Shown here: positions 37,461 through 47,701 of the stretch, piece by piece
Numbering within the stretch: the first letter of the stretch is position 1
How the letters are laid out: each line of letters starts with the position of its first letter
NCBI GenBank assembly: GCA_963818475.1
Contig: CAWFSF010000001.1
Span: forward strand, 128,001-192,000
Direction of reading: 5' to 3'
From: Nitrospirota bacterium
GTDB taxonomy: Bacteria; Nitrospirota; UBA9217
DNA: 64,000 bases
Made by a program: the position numbers and the translations under genes
The notes under the pieces: generated by a model
What the model saw: only the letters and a program-made list of their open reading frames with translations
What the model was told of the DNA's origin: nothing
Databases searched by the model: none

Positions 37461-37661
37461 CTAGTCCTTAACATCCTCAACCCGGAGCAGATGGTTAACT
37501 TTGTTGACCATCCCTCTGATTTCGGGAGTATCAAGTCTCACAACAGACTTGTTAAGCTTTCTCAGCCCCAGTCCGACAAGAACAACCTTGTGTTTCCCCG
37601 GCCGGGCAATACTGCTTCGCACTAATGTGATTTTTATTTTTTTGGCTTCATCCTTCGACAT
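37461..37661 (-). CDS. rpmD: 50S ribosomal protein L30
   Basis: [23 protein letters not shown]. Confidence 0.95.
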   Translation of the reverse strand: MSKDEAKKIKITLVRSSIARPGKHKVVLVGLGLRKLNKSVVRLDTPEIRGMVNKVNHLLRVEDVKD

Positions 37662-37662
37662 C

Positions 37663-38184
37663 TTAGGCGAGCTCCTCCACGGATTTTCCCCGGAGAGCGG
37701 CAACCTGCGCCGCACTTCTGAGCCTGATCAATCCGTTAATTGTAGCACTGACAACGTTGTGCGGATTACTGGAACCCAGTGACTTGCACAACACGTTCCG
37801 CACACCAACAACCTCAAGCACTGATCGGCTTGCTCCGCCCGCGATCAACCCGGTACCTTCAGACGCAGGCTTCAGCAATACTTTTCCCGCCCCATAATGG
37901 CCAAGCACTTCATGGGGTATCGTGTCCCCCTTGAGTGATACAAGAACCATGTTCTTTTTTGCTCGCTCGACGGCTTTCTTGATGGCTACCGGCGCTTCGG
38001 CTGCCTTCCCTTTTCCAACGCCGATTTTGCCATTTCCGTCACCAACGACCACCAGTGCGCTGAAATTGAACCTCTTTCCGCCCTTGACCACTTTAGCGAC
38101 CCGGTTCAGGTAGACTAACTTATCCTTCAGGCCATCGCCGTCTTCTGCCTCTTTATTGTATCGCTCTGCCAAAGCTGCCTCCAC
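37663..38184 (-). CDS. rpsE: 30S ribosomal protein S5
   Basis: [23 protein letters not shown]. Confidence 0.98.
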   Translation of the reverse strand: MEAALAERYNKEAEDGDGLKDKLVYLNRVAKVVKGGKRFNFSALVVVGDGNGKIGVGKGKAAEAPVAIKKAVERAKKNMVLVSLKGDTIPHEVLGHYGAGKVLLKPASEGTGLIAGGASRSVLEVVGVRNVLCKSLGSSNPHNVVSATINGLIRLRSAAQVAALRGKSVEELA

Positions 38185-38199
38185 AATACTGCCAGTTCA

Positions 38200-38568
38200 C
38201 TAAAAGTTTAATCCCTGCTCCCGCGCAGCATCTGCCAAGGCCTTGATGCAGCCATGATATTGATATCCGCCACGGTCAAAAACGACGTCTTTGATATTCT
38301 TGCTCAGAGCGCGCTGCGCAATGCTCGCACCAACCTTCTTCGCAGCCGCAATATTCCCGCAGTGCTTCAAACCGGTTTGTACATCTTTCTCGGTCGACGA
38401 TGCTGCTGCAACGGTCTTGCCGTCCGTATCGTCGATAAGCTGCACATAAATATGGCTGAGGCTCTTATAAACGCTCAACCGGGGCCTTGCAGTTGTGCCG
38501 TTTACACGTTTGCGGACTCGTTCATGTCTTCTCTGTCTGGCCTTTAGCTTGCTCTTTGCCACGTTCAC
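38200..38568 (-). CDS. rplR: 50S ribosomal protein L18
   Basis: RPRLSV; [11 protein letters not shown]. Confidence 0.98.
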   Translation of the reverse strand: MNVAKSKLKARQRRHERVRKRVNGTTARPRLSVYKSLSHIYVQLIDDTDGKTVAAASSTEKDVQTGLKHCGNIAAAKKVGASIAQRALSKNIKDVVFDRGGYQYHGCIKALADAAREQGLNF

Positions 38569-38632
38569 TCTCCATCATGCTGATTGCGATACACCACTCA
38601 TGTGGCGCCGACCGCAATCAGAAATCGATTGA

Positions 38633-39181
38633 CTATTTTCCGCCCTTACCAGCCTTGCCTTCTTTACGCTTGATGACCTCGGTGCTATATTTAATGCCCT
38701 TGCCTTTGTACGGCTCAGGTTTCTTCAGGCTTCGCACATTTGCTGCGATCTGACCAACGAGCTGCCGGTCCACACCCTTGAGCGTGATTTGTGTTTGCTT
38801 CGGGTCAACGGTGGCCTTGATACCATTCGGCAACGCATACACGATGGGATGAGAAAAACCAAGTGTCAGCATTAGGTTCGAACCATGCACAGCTGCTTTA
38901 AAACCCACACCGGTTATCTCAAGCGTCTTTTCGAAGCCTTTGCTTACACCCACAACCATGTTGGCTAGCAGGTTTCTGGTCAGGCCATGCAGTTCCCGGT
39001 ATAGCTTCTGATCCGACGGACGCTCCACCGTAAGCGTATTGTTCTCTTTTTTGATTATCAGCTTTGGGTTAACTTCCTGGCTGATCTCGCCCAGGGGGCC
39101 TTTGACTGTGACCTTTCCGGTCTCCAGTTTTGCTTCAACCCCTGCTGGCATCTCTATCGGTTTTTTACCAACCCTAGACAT
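38633..39181 (-). CDS. rplF: 50S ribosomal protein L6
   Basis: MSRVGKKPI; PEPYKGKGI. Confidence 0.98.
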   Translation of the reverse strand: MSRVGKKPIEMPAGVEAKLETGKVTVKGPLGEISQEVNPKLIIKKENNTLTVERPSDQKLYRELHGLTRNLLANMVVGVSKGFEKTLEITGVGFKAAVHGSNLMLTLGFSHPIVYALPNGIKATVDPKQTQITLKGVDRQLVGQIAANVRSLKKPEPYKGKGIKYSTEVIKRKEGKAGKGGK

Positions 39182-39229
39182 AACAACTCCTCAAATTCTT
39201 GAATAGAACGGATTCACGTCACCGGGACA

Positions 39230-39625
39230 CTACCAAACGTGGCAAAGGACCTCACCACCGACATTGTCCTTTTGTGCCTGTTTACCAGTCTGAATGCCCT
39301 TCGGCGTAGACAGGATGGCAATCCCAAGCCCTCTTAAAACACGCGGAATTGCCTTACTGTTGGCATATACGCGACATCCTGGTTTGCTGATCCGCTTCAG
39401 TCCCGTGATTACCGGCAATTCCTCGTCCGAATACTTAAGATAAACCCGGATGACACCTTGCCTACGGTCTTTGACCAGTTTCAGATTTTTAATATAGCCT
39501 TCATCCTTAAGAATTTTCGCAACTTCCATCTTAAGTTTTGATGACGGAATGTCAACCTTCTCGTGCTTTGCTTTACTTGCGTTGCGGATTCGCGTTAGCA
39601 TATCCGCGATAGGATCGGTCATCAT
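39230..39625 (-). CDS. rpsH: 30S ribosomal protein S8
   Basis: [13 protein letters not shown]; GGEVLC. Confidence 0.98.
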   Translation of the reverse strand: MMTDPIADMLTRIRNASKAKHEKVDIPSSKLKMEVAKILKDEGYIKNLKLVKDRRQGVIRVYLKYSDEELPVITGLKRISKPGCRVYANSKAIPRVLRGLGIAILSTPKGIQTGKQAQKDNVGGEVLCHVW

Positions 39626-39644
39626 CGGTTCAAACCCCTTCTGC

Positions 39645-39830
39645 TTACCAACTCGCCTTAATCACGCCCGGTATTTCACCCTTGAGCGCACCGTTTCTGA
39701 AACAAATGCGGCACATATCAAACTTCCGCAGATACCCTCTCGGTCGCCCGCACAGAGGACAGCGTGTATATGCCTGCACTTTAAATTTTGGCGGTCTGTT
39801 TGCCTTTGCTATCAAGGACTTCTTTGCCAT
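39645..39830 (-). CDS. rpsN: 30S ribosomal protein S14 type Z
   Basis: [25 protein letters not shown]. Confidence 0.97.
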   Translation of the reverse strand: MAKKSLIAKANRPPKFKVQAYTRCPLCGRPRGYLRKFDMCRICFRNGALKGEIPGVIKASW

Positions 39831-39858
39831 GTTTCCTCCCAGAGAACCTGTCTGAAGC

Positions 39859-40575
39859 CTACTTCCTGAACGGCATACCGAGGTGGCGAAGCAACGCCCT
39901 GCCCTCTTCATCAGTATTGGCCGTCGTTACAAAAACAATATCCATGCCGTGAACCGATTCAACTTTATCGTACTCTATTTCCGGGAATATAATCTGTTCC
40001 TTGATACCAAGGGTATAATTTCCCCGGCCGTCGAAGGACTTCGTCGGAACACCCTTGAAGTCACGGATACGGGGCAATGCCGCGCTGATAAAACGATCGA
40101 GGAACTCGAACATGTGTTCGCGGCGAAGCGTCACACTGCACCCGATCGGCATACCTTCTCGCAGCTTAAAAGCAGCGATCGACTTTTTTGCTTTCGTGAT
40201 TACAGGACGCTGGCCGGTAATTCGGCCCAGTTCATCAACTGCAAAGTCAAGAGCCTTGGCGTTCGCTATCGCTTCTCCCAAGCCCACATTAAGAACGATT
40301 TTAACCAGTTTCGGGGCCTGCATAGGATTCTTGTAGCTGAATTCCTTCATCAGCGCCGGAATAACGGTGTCCTTGTACTGTTTCTGCATCCTGGGCGGTT
40401 CCGTTTTTACTGAAGGGGCCTTGACAGCTCCGACCTCTGTGGTTGCAGCAGGTTTTGCGGCTTTTTTGGGTTCCTTAGCCGGTGCCTTGGTTTTTGCATC
40501 AGCTTTTGCGGTCTTCGGTGCCGCTTTCTGTCCGGTCGCCTTTGCTTCCTTGCTTTTATCTTTTTTATCTGCCAT
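39859..40575 (-). CDS. rplE: 50S ribosomal protein L5 with about 58-aa Lys/Ala/Pro-rich N-terminal extension
   Basis: [10 protein letters not shown]; [10 protein letters not shown]; FDGRGNY; extension [13 protein letters not shown]... Confidence 0.96.
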   Translation of the reverse strand: MADKKDKSKEAKATGQKAAPKTAKADAKTKAPAKEPKKAAKPAATTEVGAVKAPSVKTEPPRMQKQYKDTVIPALMKEFSYKNPMQAPKLVKIVLNVGLGEAIANAKALDFAVDELGRITGQRPVITKAKKSIAAFKLREGMPIGCSVTLRREHMFEFLDRFISAALPRIRDFKGVPTKSFDGRGNYTLGIKEQIIFPEIEYDKVESVHGMDIVFVTTANTDEEGRALLRHLGMPFRK

Positions 40576-40642
40576 TGATCGCTTTCCCTATTTCGCCAGT
40601 CTTCCCTGATCACCCCTTGTCATCCGGGTGATTCGGCGCCTG

Positions 40643-40954
40643 CTAGCTCAGAGTTTCGTTGCAGTTTTTACAAACCCGGAGACGCGTGCCATCTTCCTGC
40701 GTCTTCCGTACAGCAGCTGTCGGCTTATCGCACTTCGAGCAGATCAACTTGACGTTCGACAGGGAGATGGGACCTTCCTTCTCCACAATGCCTCCCTGCC
40801 TCAGTTGCTGGGTCGGCCTTGTATGCCGCTTAATCATGTTCAGTTTCTCGATCAAGAGCCTGTTTTCTGCAGGGTATACGGCTATTACTCTGCCTTTTTT
40901 GCCCTTCTCCTTGCCGGAGATCACTAATACATTATCATTTTTCTTTATCTGCAT
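40643..40954 (-). CDS. rplX: 50S ribosomal protein L24
   Basis: KKNDNVLVISGKEKGKKG; CSKC..CKNC. Confidence 0.97.
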   Translation of the reverse strand: MQIKKNDNVLVISGKEKGKKGRVIAVYPAENRLLIEKLNMIKRHTRPTQQLRQGGIVEKEGPISLSNVKLICSKCDKPTAAVRKTQEDGTRLRVCKNCNETLS

Positions 40955-41005
40955 ATTCTTACGTCCTGGTTTCCTATCGGAGCGTTATTGGTCAGCAACA
41001 CCTAG

Positions 41006-41374
41006 TTACAGCACTTCCGGTGCCAATGAAATTATTTTCATAAAGTTCTTTTTCCGCAGTTCTCGCGCAACAGGACCGAAGATACGGGTGCCGATCGGTT
41101 CATTGCTTGCGTTGATCAGCACCGCTGCATTCCGGTCAAATTTTATGTACGATCCATCCGGTCGTCGCACTTCCTTGGTTGTCCGCACGACAACCGCTTT
41201 CGCGACAGTTCCCTTTTTTGCCTGCCCCTCAGGAATGGCCATCTTGATCGCCACGACTATAACATCACCAAGTGACGCGTACCGCTTGCGGGTCCCGCCA
41301 AGCACTTTGATGCACATTACTTTTTTTGCGCCGGAATTATCGGCGACGTCTAATACGGTCTGTTGCTGAATCAT
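41006..41374 (-). CDS. rplN: 50S ribosomal protein L14
   Basis: VADNSGAK; [13 protein letters not shown]. Confidence 0.98.
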   Translation of the reverse strand: MIQQQTVLDVADNSGAKKVMCIKVLGGTRKRYASLGDVIVVAIKMAIPEGQAKKGTVAKAVVVRTTKEVRRPDGSYIKFDRNAAVLINASNEPIGTRIFGPVARELRKKNFMKIISLAPEVL

Positions 41375-41412
41375 CTCTCATCCCCTAGCACAGGTAGTCG
41401 AATTACGGCTGA

Positions 41413-41670
41413 TTACTGGGCCTTTTCCACGATTTCAAGCACTTTCCAGCGTTTTTCCTTTGACAGCGGCCTGGTTTCAATGAAACGCACCACGTCGCCG
41501 ACCTTGCACTCATTTTTTTCATCATGAGCCTTGAACTTGGTCGTACGGCTGATCGTTTTCGTGTACTTCGTGTGCGCTACACGCCTCGACACCGCCAGAA
41601 CCACGGTCTTGTCCATTTTATCGCTGACCACACGACCGACATACGTTTTTCTTTTTTTAGACTCGCCCAT
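41413..41670 (-). CDS. rpsQ: 30S ribosomal protein S17
   Basis: VVSDKMDKT; [11 protein letters not shown]. Confidence 0.97.
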   Translation of the reverse strand: MGESKKRKTYVGRVVSDKMDKTVVLAVSRRVAHTKYTKTISRTTKFKAHDEKNECKVGDVVRFIETRPLSKEKRWKVLEIVEKAQ

Positions 41671-41857
41671 ATTTTTCCTTTAAGACCGTTTTTGCTCTTG
41701 CGATATCCTTGCGGAGTATCCGCAAACGCATCGGATTTTCTATCTGGCCCATTGCCTGTTGGAACCGCAGATTGAACATTTCTTTTTTCATATCCGTGGC
41801 TTTGGCCACCAGTTCTTCACTGGATAAATCTTTCATGTCGCGCAGACTGGATTTCAT
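41657..41857 (-). CDS. rpmC: 50S ribosomal protein L29
   Basis: FNLRFQ..GQIENP..RKDIAR. Confidence 0.96.
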   Translation of the reverse strand: MKSSLRDMKDLSSEELVAKATDMKKEMFNLRFQQAMGQIENPMRLRILRKDIARAKTVLKEKYGRV

Positions 41858-42270
41858 ATTGCAGCCTCCCGAGAGACAAACTTGGTAGCAATCGGCAACT
41901 TGTATGCTGCAAGCCTGAACGCCTCTCGTGCTACCGACTCGTCGACACCACCCATTTCGTAAAGCACCCGACCGGGCTTCACAACCGCTACCCAGTATTC
42001 AGGCGCTCCCTTGCCTTTGCCCATACGTGTTTCTGCAGGCTTCTTCGTAATAGGTTTGTCCGGGAATATGCGTATCCATATTTTGCCTCCCCGCTTGACA
42101 TAGCGGGTCATGGCGATACGGGCAGCTTCAATTTGCCGGCTCGTGATCCAGCCTGGCTCAAGGACCTTCAATCCGAACTCCCCGTAGCTGACCTCGGCTC
42201 CGCGATAGGCAGTTCCGGTCATCCGGCCCTTCATCATTTTTCTATGTTTTACTCTTTTCGGCGCTAGCAT
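41854..42270 (-). CDS. rplP: 50S ribosomal protein L16
   Basis: QIEAAR; ETRMGKGKG. Confidence 0.98.
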   Translation of the reverse strand: MLAPKRVKHRKMMKGRMTGTAYRGAEVSYGEFGLKVLEPGWITSRQIEAARIAMTRYVKRGGKIWIRIFPDKPITKKPAETRMGKGKGAPEYWVAVVKPGRVLYEMGGVDESVAREAFRLAAYKLPIATKFVSREAAI

Positions 42271-42318
42271 AATCGCATTCCTTTACGACTGTCATAGTAT
42301 TGCTAATATGTCAAAGTG

Positions 42319-42963
42319 TTACGCAGTCGCCTTCGACGGCTGCAGCACATCACCTTTATAGATCCATACCTTCACGCCGATTTGTCCCATCGTCGTTTTT
42401 GCTTCAAAGAAACCGTACTGGATGTCGGCCCTCAGCGTATGGAGCGGCACACGACCCTCACGGTACCATTCGGTTCTGGCGATTTCACCGCCAGCCAATC
42501 TTCCGGCACACATGATTTTAATGCCCTGAGCGCCCAAACGGAGAGCTGAGGTCACGGACTTTTTCATTGCCCGACGAAAAGCAATACGACGTTCCAGCTG
42601 AAGAGCGATATTCTCCGCCACCAGCTGGGCATCCAGTTCCGGCCGTCTGATCTCTTGGATATTGATATACATCTGCTTACCGGTCATGCTTTCGAGGTCT
42701 TTTTTCAGCTTGTCGACCTCGGCGCCTTTTTTCCCGATAATGATACCGGGCCGGGCCGTATGGATATTTATCTTGGCCTTCTGGCCGGCCCGTTCAATCT
42801 CGACTTTGGAAACGCCTGCATGCATCAGACGTTCCTTCACGATCTTGCGGATCTTGATATCCTCATGCAGGAGCGCTGCATAATTCTTTTGCGAGAACCA
42901 GCGGGAATCCCATGTCTTGATGACCCCGAGCCGGAAACCGATCGGATGTACCTTCTGTCCCAT
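42319..42963 (-). CDS. rpsC: 30S ribosomal protein S3
   Basis: [13 protein letters not shown]; [12 protein letters not shown]. Confidence 0.98.
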   Translation of the reverse strand: MGQKVHPIGFRLGVIKTWDSRWFSQKNYAALLHEDIKIRKIVKERLMHAGVSKVEIERAGQKAKINIHTARPGIIIGKKGAEVDKLKKDLESMTGKQMYINIQEIRRPELDAQLVAENIALQLERRIAFRRAMKKSVTSALRLGAQGIKIMCAGRLAGGEIARTEWYREGRVPLHTLRADIQYGFFEAKTTMGQIGVKVWIYKGDVLQPSKATA

Positions 42964-42982
42964 TATGCCTCCACCGTAAACA

Positions 42983-43312
42983 CTATGCTGAGAGCACCAG
43001 CGTGATATGGCTGGTCCTCTTTTTTATCTGGTTTGCCCTGCCCATGGCACGCGCCCTGATCCGCTTCATCGTGACGCCCTGATTTACGTACGCCTTGGTC
43101 ACCATGAGAGAATCGACATCTCCCACCTTCTTCTGTTCGGCATTTGCTACCGCAGAATCGAGAAGCTTCTTTACGACCCGTGCTGCGTGAAGCGGGGTAA
43201 AGGTGAGGATATTTATTGCGTCACCCACCATCTTGCCGCGGATGAGGTCAATGACCTGCCTCGCCTTACGCGGAGTGATTCGTATATGTCTGATCGTTGC
43301 GCTTGCTTCCAT
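42983..43312 (-). CDS. rplV: 50S ribosomal protein L22
   Basis: ITPRKAR; RAMGRA..KRTSHI. Confidence 0.98.
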   Translation of the reverse strand: MEASATIRHIRITPRKARQVIDLIRGKMVGDAINILTFTPLHAARVVKKLLDSAVANAEQKKVGDVDSLMVTKAYVNQGVTMKRIRARAMGRANQIKKRTSHITLVLSA

Positions 43313-43345
43313 CTTCGTATCCTCGCTCTAGTTCACAAAACTGGA

Positions 43346-43642
43346 CTACTTGGGTGCGCTCGTCTTTTCCGCGGTCTTTGCCTTAGACCCGCCATGCGCC
43401 TTGAAGGTCCGGGTCGGGGAAAACTCGCCCAGTTTATGTCCTACCATATTCTCGGTGACATAGACCGGAATGAATTTTTTTCCATTGTGCACAGCCATGG
43501 TGTGTCCCACGAAGTCCGGCGTAATGGTTGACCGCCTGGACCATGTCTTCACGATCTTTTTATCTCCCGATGTGTTCATGGTCTCGACTTTCTTCATGAG
43601 ACTCGTGTCCACAAAAGGACCTTTTTTAACTGATCTGGGCAC
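43346..43642 (-). CDS. rpsS: 30S ribosomal protein S19
   Basis: [11 protein letters not shown]; [11 protein letters not shown]. Confidence 0.98.
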   Translation of the reverse strand: MPRSVKKGPFVDTSLMKKVETMNTSGDKKIVKTWSRRSTITPDFVGHTMAVHNGKKFIPVYVTENMVGHKLGEFSPTRTFKAHGGSKAKTAEKTSAPK

Positions 43643-43684
43643 CGTATCCTCCGCTGCTACCTATCACAAGATTGCGGATTCCCG

Positions 43685-44512
43685 CTATCTGCTCTTCGTT
43701 CTTCTCTTCAGAATGAACTGATTCGTTGTCTTGTTCTTTCTCGTTTTCACGCCGTCCGGGAGACCCCAGGGTGAACATCCCGGTCTGCCGCCTGAGGATT
43801 TTCCCTCACCGCCGCCAAGAGGATGATCAACCGGATTCATGACCACTCCGCGCACTCTCGGACGCATCCCCATCCAGCGCGAACGGCCCGCCTTGCCGAT
43901 GCTTATATTCTCATGGTCGAGATTTCCAACCTGGCCAATGGTTGCCATGCATTCTGACCGTACGGTACGGATCTCACCGGAATTAAGCCGCAACGTTGCA
44001 AGTTCGCCTTCCCGTGCCAGCAGCTGCACAGAAGCTCCTGCACTCCTTGCTAACTGGCCACCGGCGCCCTTTTTGAGCTCCACATTATGGACCACGGTAC
44101 CTACGGGAATCGAGGTGATGGGAAGCGCATTACCCGGCTTGATATCAGCATCAGGTCCTGAAACTACCCGATCTCCAACATTCAGCCCAACGGGTGCGAG
44201 AATATACCGTTTTTCACCATCAGCATAGTGCAAGAGAGCGATACGCGCAGTACGATTCGGATCGTACTCGATATGCGCCACGGTTGCCGGCACGCCTGTC
44301 TTTTCGCGCCTGAAGTCGACGATCCTGTATTTCTTCTTGTGCCAGCCAGCCCGGTATCGGACCGTGATCTTGCCGCGGTTATTCCTGCCGCCGCTCTGGC
44401 TGAGCTTTACGACCAGCGATTTTTCCGGTCTGCTCCGTGTTACTTCCTCGAATGTCGAGGAAGTCTGGAATCTTCTGCCCGGGGATGTTGGATTATATGT
44501 CTTTACCGGCAT
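43685..44512 (-). CDS. rplB: 50S ribosomal protein L2
   Basis: IEYDPNR; [13 protein letters not shown]. Confidence 0.98.
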   Translation of the reverse strand: MPVKTYNPTSPGRRFQTSSTFEEVTRSRPEKSLVVKLSQSGGRNNRGKITVRYRAGWHKKKYRIVDFRREKTGVPATVAHIEYDPNRTARIALLHYADGEKRYILAPVGLNVGDRVVSGPDADIKPGNALPITSIPVGTVVHNVELKKGAGGQLARSAGASVQLLAREGELATLRLNSGEIRTVRSECMATIGQVGNLDHENISIGKAGRSRWMGMRPRVRGVVMNPVDHPLGGGEGKSSGGRPGCSPWGLPDGVKTRKNKTTNQFILKRRTKSR

Positions 44513-44806
44513 TTACGCACCCTCAAATATATCGATCTTTTCACCTGGTTTCAGCGTTACGTACGCTTTCTTCCAGTCTGATCTGCGGCCGAGCCGCTGC
44601 CCCATACGCTTCTTCTTGCCCGCAGTTTTTACTGTGGTTACATCGGAAACTTTTACCTTGAAGATCCCCTCGATCGCCTTTCGTACCTGCAGCTTGTTGG
44701 CATCGGTCCGTACTTCGAAGGTCAGAACATTATTCTTTTCCTTCAGGCGTGTACCCTTTTCGGTGATGCGGGGCGCCCGAATTATATCATAGAGATCCAT
44801 GGTCAT
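44513..44806 (-). CDS. rplW: 50S ribosomal protein L23
   Basis: PRITEK; WKKAYVTL. Confidence 0.97.
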   Translation of the reverse strand: MTMDLYDIIRAPRITEKGTRLKEKNNVLTFEVRTDANKLQVRKAIEGIFKVKVSDVTTVKTAGKKKRMGQRLGRRSDWKKAYVTLKPGEKIDIFEGA

Positions 44807-45426
44807 TTTCCGTAAACCTCCTGAATGGCGCTCAAGGCATCCTGCGTCATAATGAGGTACCTGTACTTCAGCAGATCATAAACGTTAATGTTTTCCATCC
44901 TGAGCACTTTGACCGATGGTATGTTACGCGAAGCCAGCGTCAGATTCTTATTCTCCGTCTTAATGAGAACGAGCGCGTTTTCCTTAACCCCGAGAGTATC
45001 AAGCATTGAAGTAACCAACTTGGTTTTAGGCTCTGCAAAATCAAGAGAACTGACCAGAACCAGTCGATTATCAATAACCTTTGATGCTATTGCATCAACA
45101 AGCGCCGCTCGTTTTTCTTTTTTCGGCAACGCATAAGAGTAATCGCGAGGCATTGGACCAAAACAGGTACCGCCATGCCTCCACAAGGGTGACCGGTTGC
45201 TTCCTGAGCGGGCACGCCCAGTTCCCTTCTGCTTCCAGGGTTTTTTTCCACCACCGCTCACCATCGCCTTGTTCTTCGTCGATGCTGTACCTGCCCGCCT
45301 GTTTGCGAGCTGGTTCACGACCGATGCATGGATAAGGTGTGGCCGGATCTCGGACCCGAACAGGGACGGAAGTTCCACATCCTTTACTTTCTTATTATTC
45401 TGGTCAACCATGACGACTGACGGCAT
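44803..45426 (-). CDS. rplD: 50S ribosomal protein L4
   Basis: KPWKQKGTGRARSG. Confidence 0.98.
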   Translation of the reverse strand: MPSVVMVDQNNKKVKDVELPSLFGSEIRPHLIHASVVNQLANRRAGTASTKNKAMVSGGGKKPWKQKGTGRARSGSNRSPLWRHGGTCFGPMPRDYSYALPKKEKRAALVDAIASKVIDNRLVLVSSLDFAEPKTKLVTSMLDTLGVKENALVLIKTENKNLTLASRNIPSVKVLRMENINVYDLLKYRYLIMTQDALSAIQEVYGK

Positions 45427-45449
45427 TTCAGTAACCCTCTATTTCTTGA

Positions 45450-46064
45450 TTAATCAGGCTTGTAGATAAGAAGCAGGCCGTTGATGCCGCCCGGCACTGC
45501 ACCACGTACGAACAACAGGTTTTGGTCCGGCCGAACATCGACGATTTCCAGGTTTTTAATCGTCTTCTTTGCTACGCCCATATGACCCGGGAGTTTCTTG
45601 CCAGGCCAGACGCGAGACGGATAGGAACTCGCACCGATCGAACCAGGAGCGCGGTTGAACATGGATCCATGTCCACCGGGACCGCCGGCAAAATTATGCC
45701 GTTTCATGACACCGGCAAAACCTTTTCCCTTAGTCGTTCCGCTCACGGTGATCATATCGCCTTTTTTGAACATATCGATAGTCACGACCTGACCAGCCTC
45801 AAACTCTCCGGTCCGGAACTCCCTGAGCACACGGTGAGGCGGCGTTTCAGTCTTCTTAAAGTGCCCGGCCATTGCCTTGGTAATGCGGTTCTTCTTTTTT
45901 TCCTCTTCGAAGGACAGCTGGACGGCTTCATAACCATCCGTCTCGGCGGTTTTTTTCTGAACCACCTTGCACGGACCGGCCTGGATCACCGTTACCGGGA
46001 TCAGCTCTCCACCGTTAAAGTGCTGGCTCATGCCAATTTTTTTTCCGATAATACCCTTACTCAT
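45450..46064 (-). CDS. rplC: 50S ribosomal protein L3
   Basis: GKKIGM; DGYEAVQ; KGKGFAGVMKR; GAVPG. Confidence 0.98.
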   Translation of the reverse strand: MSKGIIGKKIGMSQHFNGGELIPVTVIQAGPCKVVQKKTAETDGYEAVQLSFEEEKKKNRITKAMAGHFKKTETPPHRVLREFRTGEFEAGQVVTIDMFKKGDMITVSGTTKGKGFAGVMKRHNFAGGPGGHGSMFNRAPGSIGASSYPSRVWPGKKLPGHMGVAKKTIKNLEIVDVRPDQNLLFVRGAVPGGINGLLLIYKPD

Positions 46065-46131
46065 ATCGTATCCCTTCACCCGCACGCTGACGGCAACCCT
46101 TTGGAGATGCGCCTACGGCTGATTTTACCAG

Positions 46132-46437
46132 TTAGAGCTTGATCTCAACGTCTACGCCTGCCGCCAGATCAAGTTTCATCAGAGCATCGACCGTCTGGGG
46201 CGTCGGATCCAGGATGTCAAGCAAACGCTTGTGCGTCCTGATCTCAAACTGCTCGCGTGATTTCTTATCCACGTGCGGGGACCGGAGAACGGTCCAGCGA
46301 TTGATACTGGTCGGTAGTGGAATAGGTCCTGATACCTTTGCGCCGGTCCTCTTGGCCGTATCAATAATCTCTACTGCCGACTGGTCCAGCAGACGGTGGT
46401 CATATCCTTTTAATCGTATCCTGATCTTCTGCGTCAC
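46132..46437 (-). CDS. rpsJ: 30S ribosomal protein S10
   Basis: KIRIRLK; [14 protein letters not shown]. Confidence 0.98.
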   Translation of the reverse strand: MTQKIRIRLKGYDHRLLDQSAVEIIDTAKRTGAKVSGPIPLPTSINRWTVLRSPHVDKKSREQFEIRTHKRLLDILDPTPQTVDALMKLDLAAGVDVEIKL

Positions 46438-46451
46438 GGCGTATCCTTCCC

Positions 46452-47652
46452 TTACTCGATAACTTCGGTAATAACTCCGGCACCCACGGTCCTGCCGCCT
46501 TCGCGGATGGCGAACCGGAGACCCTTATCCATGGCGATCGGTCCGATGAGCTCCACACTGCAGGTCATGTTGTCGCCCGGCATCACCATCTCCACGCCTT
46601 CTGCAAGCGTCACCACTCCGGTCACGTCCGTGGTCCGGAAGTAGAACTGCGGACGGTAGCCCTTGAAGAACGGAGTGTGCCGGCCGCCTTCTTCTTTGGT
46701 GAGAATGTAGGCCTCGGCCTTGAACTTGGTGTGGGGGGTGATGCTCCCGGGCTTGGCAAGCACCATGCCGCGCTCAACATCTTCCTTCTTGATGCCGCGG
46801 AGGAGGACTCCGACGTTGTCGCCGGCTTCGCCCTGGTCCAGAAGCTTCCGGAACATCTCGACACCCGTTACCACCGTCTTCTGCGTGGGCTTGATTCCCA
46901 CGATCTCGATGTCTTCACCCACCTTCACGATTCCGCGCTCGATCCTGCCCGTAACCACGGTGCCGCGACCGGCGATGGAGAACACGTCTTCCACCGGCAT
47001 AAGATAGGGTTTGTCGATCTCCCGCTTGGGCTGGGGGATGTAGCTGTCAACGGCATCCATGAGCTCAAGAATGCTCTTGTACTCCGGCGCGTTGACGTCC
47101 TTGCTCTCGCTCTGGAGCGCTTTCAGGGCGCTGCCTTTTACGATCGGGGTCTTGTCACCCGGGAACTGGTACTTGGACAGGAGCTCCCGGATCTCGAGTT
47201 CCACGAGCTCGATGAGCTCGGGGTCGTCGACCATGTCCACCTTGTTCATGTACACGACGATGTAGGGAACGCCGACCTGACGGGCGAGCAGGATATGCTC
47301 ACGGGTCTGGGGCATGGGGCCGTCTGCGGCGGAAACCACGAGAATGGCGCCGTCCATCTGGGCCGCACCCGTGATCATGTTCTTTACATAGTCGGCATGG
47401 CCCGGGCAGTCCACATGGGCGTAGTGACGGTTGTCCGTCTGGTATTCCACGTGCGCTGTGGCGATCGTGATACCGCGCTCACGTTCTTCCGGGGCCTTGT
47501 CGATGTTGTCGTAGGAAACAAAGCGTCGCGAAGTTCTTGAAGGACAGCACCTTCGTGATGGCCGCTGTCAAGGTCGTCTTGCCGTGGTCAACATGGCCGA
47601 TGGTGCCCACGTTCACATGAGGTTTTGTCCTCTCAAATTTTGCCTTTGCCAT
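46452..47652 (-). CDS. tuf: Elongation factor Tu (str-operon copy), +1 frameshift at 47525
   Basis: Starts [27 protein letters not shown]; body matches EF-Tu; one extra base compared with the second copy. Confidence 0.97.
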
Positions 47653-47701
47653 GCTATCTGCCTCCTGTTGAAAAGTGAAAATCCAATAGAATTATGAAAT
47701 C

